Positions 21,072 to 31,246 of a stretch of DNA of 64,000 bases are shown here, piece after piece; the first letter of the stretch is position 1; every line of letters begins with the position of its first letter. Both the position numbers and the translations under genes were made by a program. The DNA is from Alphaproteobacteria bacterium (GTDB taxonomy: Bacteria > Pseudomonadota > Alphaproteobacteria > Bin95): positions 2,144,001 through 2,208,000 of the forward strand of contig OZ224045.1 of the NCBI GenBank assembly GCA_963665325.3, read 5' to 3'. The notes beneath the pieces were generated by a model, which was not told the DNA's origin, made no database searches, and saw only the letters and a program-made list of their open reading frames with translations.

Positions 21072-21800
21072 TCAGGAGCGGTTCTTGAAGCGCCAGCTCT
21101 CGTTGCCGGTCTCGATGATCTCGCAATGGTGGGTGAGACGATCGAGCAACGCCGTGGTCATCTTGGGATCGCCGAAGACGGACGGCCACTCGCCGAAGGC
21201 GAGGTTGGTGGTGATGACGATCGAGGTTCGCTCGTAGAGCCGGCTCATGAGGTGGAAGAGGAGCTGTCCGCCGGCTTGGGCGAAGGGCAGGTAGCCGAGT
21301 TCGTCGAGGATGACGAAGTCGCGTCGGACGAGCTGGTCTGCGGTGCGGCCCTGGCGCCCGGCACGGAGTTCGGCCTCGAGGTGGTTCACCAGGTCGACGA
21401 CGTTGTAGCAGCGGCCACGGGCGCCCTTGCGGATGCAGGAGCGCGCGACGGCGACGGCGAGATGGGTCTTGCCGGTGCCGGTGCCGCCGACCAGGACGAT
21501 GTTGCGCTGGCCCTCGAGGAAGCCGCCGCCGGCGAGCTCCTGGATCAGGGGCTCGTTGACCGGCGAGCCGGCGAAGTCGAAGTCGGCCAGTTCCTTGGCC
21601 GTGGGCAGCTTGGCGGACGCCATCTGGTACTTGATCGAGCGTGCCCTCTTGTCGGCGATCTCGACCTGCAGCAGCGTACCGATGATCTGCTGCACCGGAT
21701 GACGGCGCTTGAGCCCGTCGGCGAGGATGTCGTCATAGGCGGCTCGCATGCCTGCGAGCTTCAGCTGGGTCATCATCTCCAGCACATCATGACGCTCCAT
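21072..21800 (-). CDS. istB: IS21 helper ATPase
   Basis: [33 protein letters not shown]. Confidence 0.96.
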   Translation of the reverse strand: MERHDVLEMMTQLKLAGMRAAYDDILADGLKRRHPVQQIIGTLLQVEIADKRARSIKYQMASAKLPTAKELADFDFAGSPVNEPLIQELAGGGFLEGQRNIVLVGGTGTGKTHLAVAVARSCIRKGARGRCYNVVDLVNHLEAELRAGRQGRTADQLVRRDFVILDELGYLPFAQAGGQLLFHLMSRLYERTSIVITTNLAFGEWPSVFGDPKMTTALLDRLTHHCEIIETGNESWRFKNRS

Positions 21801-23301
21801 GACCGGCCTCCCTCAGGCTGTCGTAGCGCTGACAGTCGGCCACCGGCTGGTGGCGGAGCTTCAGGCCCTCGGGCGTCGGGATGATTGCCGGCGGTGCCGG
21901 CTGGCGCTGCCGGGCGAGGATGTTGAGCACGACGTCGGCGCTGCAGGCGCCGCAGGCGAGCGCCTCGGCGCAGGCCGCCTCGACCGCCTCCAGCCCGTCC
22001 TCCAGCACCGCCGCGAGGATCTTGACGAACTGCCGGTCGCCGTCGTCGTGGCCGGCGAGCCGGGTTCGCAGGCGGCCCAGCGCGTTGGGCAACTGCCAGT
22101 CCTTGAAGGGTGCGCCGTTCCTCAGTGCGCCGGGCTTCCTCGTCAGGATCGGCACGTAATGCCACGGATCGTAGACGAACCGACCGCGCCCGAAGCTCCG
22201 GGGATGCTCGGCGACGATCTCGCCGTCCTGGCGGATGACGATCCGCTCGGCATAGGCCCGCACGTCCACCGGCCGTCCCACCGCGCGGGCAGAGACGCTG
22301 TACTGGTTGTTGTCGAAGCGCACCAGGCAGGTCTTCGAGACTGACACCTCGCTGGCATGGAAGCCGTCGAAGGGACCGCGGTATGCCATCAGGAAGGGCC
22401 GCTCCTCCTCGAATACCTGCCACACCGTCTTGCCCTCGATCGTCGGATGCGGCTGCTTCCTGGCCTCCTCGATGCACCGATCCATCAGCCACTCGTTGAT
22501 CTCGGTGTAGGAGCGGCCCCGCGGGCTGCGCGCGAACAGACGCCCGCGAAGGTCTCCCACCTGCTTCTCAACCTGCCCCTTCTCCCAGCCCGCCCCTGGC
22601 GTGCACGCCACTGGCTCCACCAGATGGTGCGAGCACATCTCCTGGAAGCGGCGGTTGTAGGCACGCTCCTTGCCGACGAAGATCGTGTTCACCGCCGTCT
22701 TCATGTTGTCGTAGATGCCCCGTCGGCAGACCCCGCCGAAGAAGCGGAAGGCACGCTCGTGCGCCTCAAAGACCATCTCCTGGCTCTCGCGGGGAAAGAT
22801 CTGCACCAGATACATGCGGCTGTGGCACAGCCGCATGTGCGCCGCCTTCACCTTGGTCGTCGCTCCCGCCAGACGCGCATACTCGTGGCTCCAGTCGAAC
22901 TGGTAGGCCTCGCCCGGATCGAAGATCAGCGGCACATAGGCCTGCGACGGCGATAACAGACGGCGTCGGCGCCGCCACGCCCTGGCGTAGCGCCGGACCG
23001 CGTCATAGCCGCCCTTGTAGCCCAGCTCGCCAAGGTCCTCATGGATCTGCAGCAGGGACAGGCGATCCCGGCGCTTCTTCTTCTCGTTGGCCTCCAGCTG
23101 GCGCTCAAGCTCTGCCACCCAAGGCCCAAGCTTCGGCATCGGCTGGATCTTGCGCTCATAGCTGTGCGAGGTCGTATCGCCCCGAACCACCTTGCGTATC
23201 GTGTTCTTCGAAACCCTCAAATCCCGCGCCAGCTTCTTGATCGGAACGCCCTTCACCAGATGATCCCGACGGATCCGCGCTATCGTCTCCACAACCAGCA
23301 T
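21787..23301 (-). CDS. istA: IS21 transposase
   Basis: [23 protein letters not shown]; likely start ATG 23301 ([12 protein letters not shown]). Confidence 0.96.
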   Translation of the reverse strand: MLVVETIARIRRDHLVKGVPIKKLARDLRVSKNTIRKVVRGDTTSHSYERKIQPMPKLGPWVAELERQLEANEKKKRRDRLSLLQIHEDLGELGYKGGYDAVRRYARAWRRRRRLLSPSQAYVPLIFDPGEAYQFDWSHEYARLAGATTKVKAAHMRLCHSRMYLVQIFPRESQEMVFEAHERAFRFFGGVCRRGIYDNMKTAVNTIFVGKERAYNRRFQEMCSHHLVEPVACTPGAGWEKGQVEKQVGDLRGRLFARSPRGRSYTEINEWLMDRCIEEARKQPHPTIEGKTVWQVFEEERPFLMAYRGPFDGFHASEVSVSKTCLVRFDNNQYSVSARAVGRPVDVRAYAERIVIRQDGEIVAEHPRSFGRGRFVYDPWHYVPILTRKPGALRNGAPFKDWQLPNALGRLRTRLAGHDDGDRQFVKILAAVLEDGLEAVEAACAEALACGACSADVVLNILARQRQPAPPAIIPTPEGLKLRHQPVADCQRYDSLREAGHGAS

Positions 23302-23415
23302 CTCCCCCACCCCGTCCGTCCAACGACAGGGCGTGTTCATGGACACAATCCATGGGGGGTCAATTTTGGACGCCGATAACCCCCAACAGGGGGTCAATCT
23401 TCCACGCTTACAACA

Positions 23416-24156
23416 GGCGAGACGGACCCGGACGGCTGGACATGCACCGCAACGGCTTACGGCCCTTCCGGCTCCTCGACATGGCGGCTCCCGTGGCAAT
23501 CGGTTGTGTTCGCGGCATGGGGAAGCCCGAACGCTCGCCCCTACCGTGGCTTGCCCCCGACCGGATGCGCCTCCGATTCCGCCCGCCTGTCCGCGCAAGC
23601 GGAAAAGAGCCTTGCCGATGAGGCCGGCGGGCCGCTGGCGCAAATACTGACAATCCCGGCCGGCTCCGATGGCGGCGACGGGAGCGAGGATGACCCGCTA
23701 GCGGACATGAAGCGCGACATTGCCAAGGCGCGCGGCAAGGCGGCTTTCGTCGAAACGACGGCCGCCGGCTGGGACCAGGGCCGGAGCGGAGCGCCGCAAC
23801 GGGACTGGCAGGCAACCCGGCTCGGGCCGAACATGCCGGCCGCCATGGTGGAACTGGCGCGGGACAGCTTCGCGCGCACTCTTGCGGCTTGCGGATGCTC
23901 CCCGGCGCTGTTCGACGATAGCGACGGCACAAGCAAGCGGGAGGCGTTGCGCCAGTGGCATATGGGCACTGTCCAGCCGCTTGCCCGGATGTTGGAGGCC
24001 GAACTGGCCGCGAAGCTGGAGGCTCCGATTCGGCTCGCCTTCGATTCCTACCCGCTGGACCTAGCGGGCCGCGCCCAGGCATTTCAGAAGCTGGTAGCCG
24101 GCGGCATGGAGATTGACCGGGCGCTTGCCGTGACGGGACTGCTTGGCGAGGAATGA
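23416..24156 (+). pseudogene. 5'-truncated phage portal-like protein
   Basis: Frame open from the IS junction (GETDPDGW...); C-terminus TVQPLARMLEAELAAKL...DLAGRAQAFQKLVAGG resembles HK97-type portals. Confidence 0.6.
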
Positions 24157-24383
24157 GCGCCCCGGCCCTATGGTCGCGCGCGGAAATCGCATGGTGTTGG
24201 AACTGCGAAATGGATGGGCCTGCGACTTACTGTCCGACGATGCACGGCGGCAAGTGGCAATGCGATGAATGCCGGCATCCGGCCTCCTATCGCCCGCCCG
24301 TCCAGTCTTGGGAGTCGCGGGCATGGAAGAAGCGGGGCGGGGCGCGCAAGCCGACCCGGTATGACGGGGCCGACGATGAATGA
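24153..24383 (+). CDS. Small Cys-rich (zinc-ribbon-like) hypothetical protein
   Basis: CWNC...CDEC pairs; ATGA overlap with the portal-like gene. Confidence 0.45.
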   Translation: MSAPALWSRAEIAWCWNCEMDGPATYCPTMHGGKWQCDECRHPASYRPPVQSWESRAWKKRGGARKPTRYDGADDE

Positions 24384-24658
24384 CCGGGCCGGAAATCCCT
24401 TACTGAAAAAGGCTTGACATGCCTCCGGGCAAATCGCGCCGTTTCAACGGGTTAGCCTACCCCGTCATCATGATGAGGCTTGCCGGGGGAATGTGCGGCG
24501 GCCGCCGGCCGAGTCTCCCCGGCCTCCGATGCATCACGGCTTATGAAACGGCCGCCGCCGGGGGCCATTCTACTGACATGACCGGCGCATCTACTGACAT
24601 AGTGCTGACACGGAGTTTTCATTGTGTCAGTGAACTTTCGCTAATCCGTTGATTTTCT

Positions 24659-24735
24659 TGGCGACCCCGGCAGGACTCGAACCTGCGACCTACGGATTAG
24701 GAATCCGTCGCTCTATCCGGCTGAGCTACGGGGCC
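24659..24735 (-). tRNA. tRNA-Arg(CCT)
   Basis: GGCCCCG acceptor stem, anticodon arm ACGGA-TTCCTAA-TCCGT, T-loop TTCGAGT, encoded CCA; 77 nt. Confidence 0.96.
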
Positions 24736-24746
24736 GTGTCCCCGGC

Positions 24747-24775
24747 TTCGTAGAAAACCGCGCTACACCGGTCAA
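24747..24775 (-). promoter_or_regulatory. Probable sigma70 promoter of the tRNA
   Basis: TTGACC-17 nt-TACGAA just upstream of the tRNA 5' end. Confidence 0.55.
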
Positions 24776-25023
24776 GCGTTCCGAGGGCAGGGTGGTATAC
24801 AATCGCCTATTCAAACTGCGGACGACGGTTGGCATTCGATGACCTCTTGGTCGAGATTCGCGACTTCGCCGGCAACCGATCTATCGCATCTCCAGAGCCG
24901 ACGAACCGAGCAATTCACGGTCTGCGGGCTCCACTTCCTGTCCCGGAGGCATGCTAGCGCACGATTCGATCCGTCCGAATCGCCGGCTGCAAGTCGGATA
25001 ACCGCCGGCTTCGCGCCCCACCT

Positions 25024-25151
25024 CGTCGCCCCGGCCCCTGAGCCGGGGCCCGGCCTCGACAGGCTCGGCGCGGAGCAAGGCCGGGGGATGGACCCCGGCT
25101 CTCCCCTGGATCGGGTCCGGGGCAGGCTTCTTCGCTCCGGCCGGGGTGACG
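25024..25151. repeat. CGTC-tagged REP-like palindromic dimer
   Basis: CGTCGCCCCGGC-ccctga-GCCGGGGC ... GACCCCGGC...GCCGGGGTGACG. Confidence 0.55.
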
Positions 25152-25211
25152 AATTCGGGCCTGGCCTGATATGCGGTCCAATCCGAAGGGATTCCGCACA
25201 AAGGAGGGAAA

Positions 25212-26399
25212 ATGTCATCGCAGAACGACAGCACGCTCGTTTGGGACGGGCGACCGCCGCGCGCCTTCGAGATCGCCGTCGAGGACAAGGTGCTCGATGA
25301 CCTGCGCAGACGCCTCCGCGCCACCCGCTGGCCCGACCGGGCGCCTGGCGGCCCGTGGCAGTTCGGCACCGATGTCGCCTATCTCGAAGCTCTGTGCGCA
25401 TACTGGGCCGGGGACTATGACTGGCGGGCCCAGGAGACGGCGCTCAACAGCCTGCACAACTGCAAAGTCACCATCGCGGGCTACGACCTGCACTATGCCC
25501 ACGTGCCGGGAGAGTCGCCGGATGCGCCGCCGTTGCTGCTGACCCACGGGTGGCCCGGATCCTTCTACGAGTACCACCAACTGATCCCGCGCCTGACCCG
25601 GCCGTCGGACTTTGGCGGCCGCGCGGAAGACTCTTTCACCGTCGTGGCGCCGTCGCTGCCCGGTTACGGATTTTCCTTCACGCCGGGCCAGCGCCGCTTC
25701 GGCCTCAGGGACGCCACGGACATCCTCGCAGTGCTGATGACCGACGTGCTGGGCTATGACCGGTTCTTCGCCCACGGCCAGGATTTCGGCTCCTATGTTG
25801 CGGCCCATCTCGGCAACGCCCACACCGACAAGACGCGGGGCATCCACATCACGCTGATGGCGCTGCCGCGGGTCCTGCCCGAATTGGCCCAGCCAACCGA
25901 GGACGAGGAGCGCTATCGGGCGCAGCTGGCGCACTGGCTGACCGAAGAAACCGGCTATGTCCAGATCATGGGGACCAAACCGCAAACCCTCGCTTTCGGG
26001 CTCACCGATTCGCCCGCCGGGCTGGCGTCGTGGATCGTCGAGAAGTGGCGCTCGTGGAGCGATTGCGGGGGCGATGTCGATGCCCATTTCGGCCGGGACA
26101 CGCTCCTGACGAACATCATGATCTATTGGATTACCGGCGCGATCGGCTCCTCGGCCTGGCCATACTACCAGCGTGTCCGGGAGCCCTGGATCCTATCGGA
26201 AGACGAACCGGTGACAGTGCCCACCGCCTATGTCGAGCATCCTCTCGAGATCCTGACGCCGCCGCGCTCGCTCGCCGAGACCATGTACACCAACATTCAG
26301 CGCTGGACGGTCAGGGAAAGCGGCGGCCATTTCGCGGCCCTGGAAGACCCGGATTGGCTGGCCGCCGACATTTCCTCCTTCTTCGGCAGCCTGCGGTAG
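25212..26399 (+). CDS. Epoxide hydrolase (EHN + alpha/beta hydrolase)
   Basis: HGWPGS, PSLPGYGFS, GQDFG, DSPAGLASWIVEK, GGHFAALE. Confidence 0.93.
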   Translation: MSSQNDSTLVWDGRPPRAFEIAVEDKVLDDLRRRLRATRWPDRAPGGPWQFGTDVAYLEALCAYWAGDYDWRAQETALNSLHNCKVTIAGYDLHYAHVPGESPDAPPLLLTHGWPGSFYEYHQLIPRLTRPSDFGGRAEDSFTVVAPSLPGYGFSFTPGQRRFGLRDATDILAVLMTDVLGYDRFFAHGQDFGSYVAAHLGNAHTDKTRGIHITLMALPRVLPELAQPTEDEERYRAQLAHWLTEETGYVQIMGTKPQTLAFGLTDSPAGLASWIVEKWRSWSDCGGDVDAHFGRDTLLTNIMIYWITGAIGSSAWPYYQRVREPWILSEDEPVTVPTAYVEHPLEILTPPRSLAETMYTNIQRWTVRESGGHFAALEDPDWLAADISSFFGSLR

Positions 26400-26497
26400 A
26401 GCACGACCCGTTCAGGCAGCAACGGAGGTCCGGCCGGCGCCCCGTCTCAAAACGGTCGGATACCGCTCTAACAGACCCCTTCGCCAGCGCCATCTGC

Positions 26498-26560
26498 AGC
26501 GGGAAGGCCGCGCCTTGCCCGCTCGACAAGGTCAATCGCCGGTTCCGCGCCACGGCGCCG
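26498..26560 (+). pseudogene. Tiny IS3-family transposase remnant
   Basis: Encodes SGKAAPCPLDKVNRRFRATAP, like the segment before the IS3 OrfB DDE core. Confidence 0.55.
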
Positions 26561-26751
26561 CCGGAGGCGTCGAGTCAGGCTCCCGGGCTCGCAGTCGCGC
26601 GGTCCCGGCGAACCTCTCGTCGGTCGCCGTTATTCCTGCTACACGGGTGCGCCTCGACACTGCCGCAAGCGGTTGAATTGGAGTCTTCGCGCGGCGTATC
26701 GTCGATCTGACCGTCGCTTCAGCGTCACCCGACTGGGACAAGGAAACAGAG

Positions 26752-27354
26752 ATGAAGGTATATTTTGCCCCCGGATCTCGTGCAGTTCGCACAGTCTGGC
26801 TCTTGGAGGAAATCGGCAAGACGTATGACCTGGTGAGGTTCACGCTCGGCCAGAAGGAAATGCGCGGCCCCGAATACACCAGGATCAACCCGAACGGCCG
26901 CGTGCCGACCCTGGTCGACGGCGACACGACCATCACGGAAAGCACGGCCATCGCACAGTATCTGGGGGCAAAATACGCGCCGGAACTGGCCCCCGGCCCG
27001 GACGCAGCGAATTTTGCAACTTATCTGCAATGGCTCAACTATGCGGAAGGCATGATCATGCCGCCGATCAACAACTATGTGGTCGAGACGATCCTGCTTC
27101 CGCCTGAGCGTCGGAACGCCGAAATCGCGGCGCGCTCGTTGAAGCTCTTGAACCGGACGCTCGGCGCCGCCGAGGCGCATATGGAAGGGCGGGATTTCCT
27201 CGCAGGCGACTTTACCGTCGCCGACACGATTACCGGTCATGCCGTCATCATGTCCCGCCGTCTCGGCGCCGATTTCAGCGGATGTCCGAACCTTACCGCC
27301 TATGCCGACCGGCTCGAGGCCCGGGAGGCGTTCAAGACTGCGAACTCAGCCTGA
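26752..27354 (+). CDS. Glutathione S-transferase
   Basis: SRAVR..WLLEE, INPNGRVPTL, ESTAIAQYL, FTVAD. Confidence 0.93.
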   Translation: MKVYFAPGSRAVRTVWLLEEIGKTYDLVRFTLGQKEMRGPEYTRINPNGRVPTLVDGDTTITESTAIAQYLGAKYAPELAPGPDAANFATYLQWLNYAEGMIMPPINNYVVETILLPPERRNAEIAARSLKLLNRTLGAAEAHMEGRDFLAGDFTVADTITGHAVIMSRRLGADFSGCPNLTAYADRLEAREAFKTANSA

Positions 27355-27451
27355 CGGCCCGACGACACCGCGCGGACCGTGACCCTGGCAGGAAATTCGG
27401 GCCAGGTTCGAGACGGGGTCGGTCGGGCCGAAGCCTTGGAAACAGGCCGGA

Positions 27452-28966
27452 TCAGAGAGAACGCCAGTCGTAATTCGCCTCGAATGCCGCCGCGGCCCTG
27501 TAGATGGTTGGTTCGTCCCACCAGCGCCCGGTAATCATCAGGCCGACCGGCAAGCCGTCCACTGCACCGCAGGGCACCGACATGGAAGGCTGGCCCGTAT
27601 AGTTGTAGGTCGGACAGTTGGCCAGCATGTTCCAGGCGTGCATGCAGTATTCGGTTATCGAGGCATCCGGCCCCGGGAAGGCTTGCGCGACCAGCGGGCA
27701 GGTCGGCATCAGCAGGAGGTCGTAGCTCTCCATCAGCCGCGCGAAGCCGTCCTTCGCCTTGCGCTGCAGGTTCATGCCCTTGGCATAGACGCGCCCTTCC
27801 AGCGCCTCCATGTAGTAGGCCCCGAGCAGCGTGAAGGCGCGGACGGTAGGCGGCAGTTCGTGCGCGCGTTCCATCCACCGGTTGCTGCGTTCGAGCGCTC
27901 CGGCGACATACATACCCGGCAGGCCGTAGAACACGCCGCCCTGGAGCATCATCTCCCGGGCGAGCCCCTCTGCCAGCGCCGGCATGTACATGACCGCCGC
28001 CTCGCGGTGCAGCGGGAATGAGATGGTCTCGACCTCGGCGCCGAGCTCGCTGAACCTGGCGCAGGCGGCTCGGACCACGGCGTCGGACTCCGCCTCGGAA
28101 CCGGGATGGCCGAACCCGTCCTCGATCACGGCGATCCTGAGGCCCGAAACCCCGCCGTCCAGCATCTCCGAATAGGGATGGGTGACGACATCGCGCTGGC
28201 GCCCGTCGATGCCGTCGGGCCCTGCAATCGCCTCCAGCATGAGTGCGTTGTCGGCGACGTTGGCCGTCATCGGCCCGACATGGTCGATCCCGGCCTCGAT
28301 GCCGAGAACGCCCGTGTAAGGCACGAGACCGTGCGTGGGCTTCATGCCGTATATGCCGCAGAACGAGGCCGGCATCCGAATGGAGCCGCCCTGGTCGCCG
28401 CCGATCGCCATGTCGACCTCGCCGGCCGCTACCAGCGCTGCGCTGCCGGAAGACGAGCCGCCGGCGCTGTAACCCATCCGGTGGGGATTGTGGCACGGCC
28501 CGGTCGCGTTGCTGTGGCTGCTGCCTGAGAGGCAGTAGTTCTCGCAATGCGCCTTGCCGAGGATCGTTGCGCCGGCATCGAGCAGGCGCGTCGCGACCGT
28601 CGCGTCCACCTCCGGAATATAGCCCTCGAGGACCGAGGTCCCGTTCATCATCGGCACGCCGGCCAGCATGATGTTGTCCTTGAGGGCGGCCGTCTTGCCT
28701 TTCAGCTTGCCCTCGGACGCGCCCTCGATCCGGCTCTTGTAGTACCAGGCGTTGTACCTGTTCTCCTCGCCCTCCGGCCGGTAGCCGGGGGTTCGCGGAT
28801 ATTTCACCGCCGGCAGATAGTCCGGCATTTTCTGCTGTGCGTCGGCCATGGCGACCAGCGGCGCCAGCAGCTCGCTGTATTCCCCGGCTTCCTCAGCGGT
28901 AAGGCCGAAGCCCAGGGACCGGGCGAGATCCTGCAATTGCGAAGCCTTGGGACCCTGAAGTGTCAT
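27452..28966 (-). CDS. Amidase-signature amidase (paralogue 2)
   Basis: LKDN, CENYC, GGSSSGS, GGDQGGSIRMPA. Confidence 0.93.
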   Translation of the reverse strand: MTLQGPKASQLQDLARSLGFGLTAEEAGEYSELLAPLVAMADAQQKMPDYLPAVKYPRTPGYRPEGEENRYNAWYYKSRIEGASEGKLKGKTAALKDNIMLAGVPMMNGTSVLEGYIPEVDATVATRLLDAGATILGKAHCENYCLSGSSHSNATGPCHNPHRMGYSAGGSSSGSAALVAAGEVDMAIGGDQGGSIRMPASFCGIYGMKPTHGLVPYTGVLGIEAGIDHVGPMTANVADNALMLEAIAGPDGIDGRQRDVVTHPYSEMLDGGVSGLRIAVIEDGFGHPGSEAESDAVVRAACARFSELGAEVETISFPLHREAAVMYMPALAEGLAREMMLQGGVFYGLPGMYVAGALERSNRWMERAHELPPTVRAFTLLGAYYMEALEGRVYAKGMNLQRKAKDGFARLMESYDLLLMPTCPLVAQAFPGPDASITEYCMHAWNMLANCPTYNYTGQPSMSVPCGAVDGLPVGLMITGRWWDEPTIYRAAAAFEANYDWRSL

Positions 28967-28996
28967 CGGCCCGTTCCTCCGTGTTGGCGTTTCGGT

Positions 28997-30511
28997 TCAG
29001 AGGCTTTTCCAGTCCTCTGCCTGCTCGAAGGCGTATGCGGCCCGGTAGATGGTGGCCTCGCCATAGCGCTTGCCGGCCAGCATCATGCCGATGGGAAGCC
29101 CGTCGCCCATGCCGCACGGGATCGACATCGCCGGATGGTGCGTGATGTCGAAGGGCGCGGTATTGCCGATCATCTCCAGCGCGCGCTGCACATATTCTTC
29201 GCGCGAGGCGTCGGGGCCCGGAAGCGGCGTGGCCTTGAGCGGCACCGTCGGCAGGAGCAGCAGGTCGCACTCGTCCAGCAACCTGTCGTATTCGGCCGCC
29301 AGGCGACGCGAGAGGTTGACCCCCTTGCCGTAGTAGCGCAGGCCGTAATGGTTGCGGATATAGGTGCCGAGCATGGTGAAGAGCTTGGTGGTCTCGGACA
29401 TCTGGTCTGCGCGGTCCCGCCACCGGTGGTGGAAGTCCATCAGGCTCGTCACATAAAGGTCCTGGCGGCTGTGGCCGTAGCCATCGCCCCACATCATGGT
29501 GCCGGTTAGCCCCTCGACGCCGATGGGGGTCCAGATGGCGGCGCCGATGGTGTGCATCGGGGCCGAGACCTCCCGGACTTCCGCGCCCATCTTCGCGAAA
29601 ATGTCCGCTGCCGCGCGGTTGGCCGCATCCACATCGGCTTCCGAGTTCGGGTGCCCGAAGCCTTCCTTGAGCACGCCGATCTTCATGCCCCGAACGCCGC
29701 CTTCCAGCATTTCGGAATAGGGGTGCGTCTCGACATCGTATTGCCTCGGGTCCAACCCGTCGGAGCCGGCGATGGCCTCCAGCATCAGCGCGTTGTCGCT
29801 GACGTTGCCCGTCATCGGGCCGGTATGGTCGACATAGACCTCGATGGGCATGATGCCGGTGTAGGGGACGAGCCCATGCGTCGGCTTCATGCCGTAGATG
29901 CCGCAATAGGCGGCCGGCATGCGGATCGAACCGCCCTGGTCGCCGCCGACCGCCATGTCCACTTCCCCGGCGGCGACGAGGGCCGCGGAGCCCGAGGACG
30001 AGCCGCCTGCGGAATAGCCCATCCGGTGCGGGTTGTGGACCGCGCCCGTTGCGTTGGTGTGGCTGCCGCCGGAGAGGCAGAAATTCTCGCAGTGCGCCTT
30101 GCCCTCGATGGTGGCGCCCGCATCCAGCAGCCGCTCGACGATGGTCGCGTCGACGTCCGGCACATAGCCTTCCAGCGTGGCCGCGCCGTTCATCATCGGT
30201 ACGCCCGCCAGCATCACATTGTCCTTGAGCGCGACCGTCTTGCCTTCGAGCTTGCCCCCTGCCGCGCCCTGGATGCGGGTCTTGTAGTACCAGGCGTTGT
30301 ACTTGTTCTCCTCGCCCTCCGGCCGGTAGCCGGGCACTCGTGGATAGCGAACCCGCGGCAGGTTGTCGGGAAGAGCGTCAACGACATTGTATGCGTCGAT
30401 GCTTCCGGCGATGAGGCCGAGGAAGGACTGGACGTCATCCTCGCTCAGCGACAGGCCCATCTCGTCCGCGACATCGCGCAACTGCTCCGCAGTCGGCATC
30501 TGAACTGGCAT
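28997..30511 (-). CDS. Amidase-signature amidase (paralogue 1)
   Basis: LKDN, CENFC, GGSSSGS, GGDQGGSIRMPA. Confidence 0.95.
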   Translation of the reverse strand: MPVQMPTAEQLRDVADEMGLSLSEDDVQSFLGLIAGSIDAYNVVDALPDNLPRVRYPRVPGYRPEGEENKYNAWYYKTRIQGAAGGKLEGKTVALKDNVMLAGVPMMNGAATLEGYVPDVDATIVERLLDAGATIEGKAHCENFCLSGGSHTNATGAVHNPHRMGYSAGGSSSGSAALVAAGEVDMAVGGDQGGSIRMPAAYCGIYGMKPTHGLVPYTGIMPIEVYVDHTGPMTGNVSDNALMLEAIAGSDGLDPRQYDVETHPYSEMLEGGVRGMKIGVLKEGFGHPNSEADVDAANRAAADIFAKMGAEVREVSAPMHTIGAAIWTPIGVEGLTGTMMWGDGYGHSRQDLYVTSLMDFHHRWRDRADQMSETTKLFTMLGTYIRNHYGLRYYGKGVNLSRRLAAEYDRLLDECDLLLLPTVPLKATPLPGPDASREEYVQRALEMIGNTAPFDITHHPAMSIPCGMGDGLPIGMMLAGKRYGEATIYRAAYAFEQAEDWKSL

Positions 30512-30529
30512 TTTCTTCCTCCCTCGACG

Positions 30530-31246
30530 TCACCGTGCCGGTGTGCTGAAGCCCGTATAGGCGCTCATCATCTCGGCATTGCCCAGGTCGCGGCTGTCGA
30601 CCTGGCGGGTGATTTCACCCTTTTGCAGGATTAGCACGCGCTCAGCCAGCGCGGCGATGAAGTCCAGATTCTGCTCGACGAGCACGATCGTCAGCTTCTG
30701 CTGCGCTCGCAGGTCGCTCATGACGGCAGCAATTTCCTGGATGATGGAGGGCTGGATGCCCTCGGTCGGCTCGTCCAGCAGGATCAGGGACGGCCGGGCA
30801 CAGAGACAGCGGGCGAGCGCGAGCAATTGCTGTTCTCCGCCGCTGAGCGCTCCGCCGCGGCGGTCCAGCAATTCGCGCAGCCGCGGGAAATAGCCGAGGA
30901 TTTCCTCGACCCGCCCCCCGGGCTCCTCGCCGCGCGGAATGCCGACGAGCATGTTCTGGAGTACGGTCAGGTTGGGAAATATCTCCCGCCCCTGGGGCAC
31001 GAGCGCCATGCCGAGCCTGGCGCGACGCCAGGTCGGCAGCCGCCGAATTTCCCGTCCGTCGAAACGAATGCTGCCGCCGCTGACATTGACGAACCCCATG
31101 ATCGCGCGCAGCAGGGTGGTCTTGCCCATGCCGTTATGGCCGAGGATGCCGACTAGCTCCCCCTCGTCGACATCGAGCTCGATTCCATGCAGGACCGGGA
31201 CCGGCCCGTAGGTCGCCTGCAAGCCGCGTATCTCAAGCAGCGGCAT
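30530..31246 (-). CDS. UrtE/LivF-like ABC ATP-binding protein
   Basis: GHNGMGKTT, LSGGEQQ, DEPTEGIQPSII. Confidence 0.9.
   Translation of the reverse strand: MPLLEIRGLQATYGPVPVLHGIELDVDEGELVGILGHNGMGKTTLLRAIMGFVNVSGGSIRFDGREIRRLPTWRRARLGMALVPQGREIFPNLTVLQNMLVGIPRGEEPGGRVEEILGYFPRLRELLDRRGGALSGGEQQLLALARCLCARPSLILLDEPTEGIQPSIIQEIAAVMSDLRAQQKLTIVLVEQNLDFIAALAERVLILQKGEITRQVDSRDLGNAEMMSAYTGFSTPAR

Larger units (their letters stand above)
20871..23415 (-). mobile_element. IS21-family insertion sequence (2545 bp)
   Basis: TG...CA ends; repeated TATCGGCGT(G/C)CAAAATTGACCCCC boxes at both ends; istA-istB. Confidence 0.95.
18098..24703. mobile_element. tRNA-Arg-integrated defective prophage/phage-satellite-like element
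   Basis: 45-bp direct repeats, tyrosine integrase, excisionase-like gene, virion gene fragments, AT-richer patches. Confidence 0.9.

Noticed and set aside
23302-23643. N-terminal extension of IstA (618-aa ORF)
   Set aside because: Crosses the IS end at 23415; the real start is probably 23301
24780-25020. ORFs between the tRNA and the epoxide hydrolase
   Set aside because: No recognisable motifs or RBS; they overlap REP-like repeats
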